Below are positions 63,752 to 64,000 of a stretch of DNA of 64,000 nucleotides, piece after piece. Each line of letters begins with the position of its first letter. The first letter of the stretch is position 1. This DNA is from Macrostomum lignano. Lineage: Eukaryota. The notes under the pieces were generated by a model, which was given only the letters and a program-made list of their open reading frames with translations, searched no databases and had not been told where the DNA came from. The translations under genes and the position numbers were made by a program. The stretch lies in assembly GCA_002269645.1 (NCBI GenBank), contig NIVC01000695.1:248001-312000 (forward strand), read 5' to 3'.

Positions 63752-64000
63752 CTTTGAGGAACGGCGAGAGTGAAGGGTCCAGAGAGAGAGTGCGTGATGT
63801 ACCTTGATAAAGGTAACTTCAATATGCAACCCAGAATTCGTCAGGGATATCTCAAAGTACAGGTAGCTTACATTATAGATGATATGACATTAAGCACAGG
63901 TAGCTTACACAACGGATGTAACTAGGTACAGTTATTTAACGTTACGGATGCAATTAAATTAAGTACAGGTGTCTAAAATTACGTATGTAATTAAGTACAG

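Overview
Eukaryotic, spliced, minisatellite-rich animal DNA. Gene content and introns filled with 12-37 bp tandem repeats suggest a free-living flatworm such as Macrostomum lignano (inference, not verified). Gene models reconstructed by hand with in-frame GT-AG junctions: CEP78 (-) head-to-head with OSTF1 (+), intronless NHE/SLC9A exchanger (-), two-exon rhodopsin-class peptide-GPCR-like gene (-), UBE2G1 (-), two tandem RING/B-box/coiled-coil/beta-propeller TRIM-like paralogs (+), an acidic/Lys-rich disordered protein (-), a divergent intronless SLC15/POT-like transporter (-), a disrupted DEG/ENaC fragment (+), a secreted PAN-like plus ALK/LTK-type glycine-rich protein (+) and the 3' part of a netrin (-). 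Mobile DNA: two RTE-like LINE remnants, two tRNA-derived SINE families, a hAT-type MITE with perfect TIR/TSD and other dispersed repeats. About 20 different tandem arrays account for most long repetitive ORFs in the track, which are not treated as genes. Most notable signals: a sharply bounded gene-conversion tract between the TRIM paralogs, a 2.6-kb intron almost devoid of CpG (likely methylation footprint), a kinase-less secreted ALK/LTK-like protein, a POT transporter lacking the ExxER motif, a LINE inserted into a minisatellite with a TSD, and intronic arrays that multimerise transcription-factor-like motifs. I found no bacterial-type system or CRISPR array.
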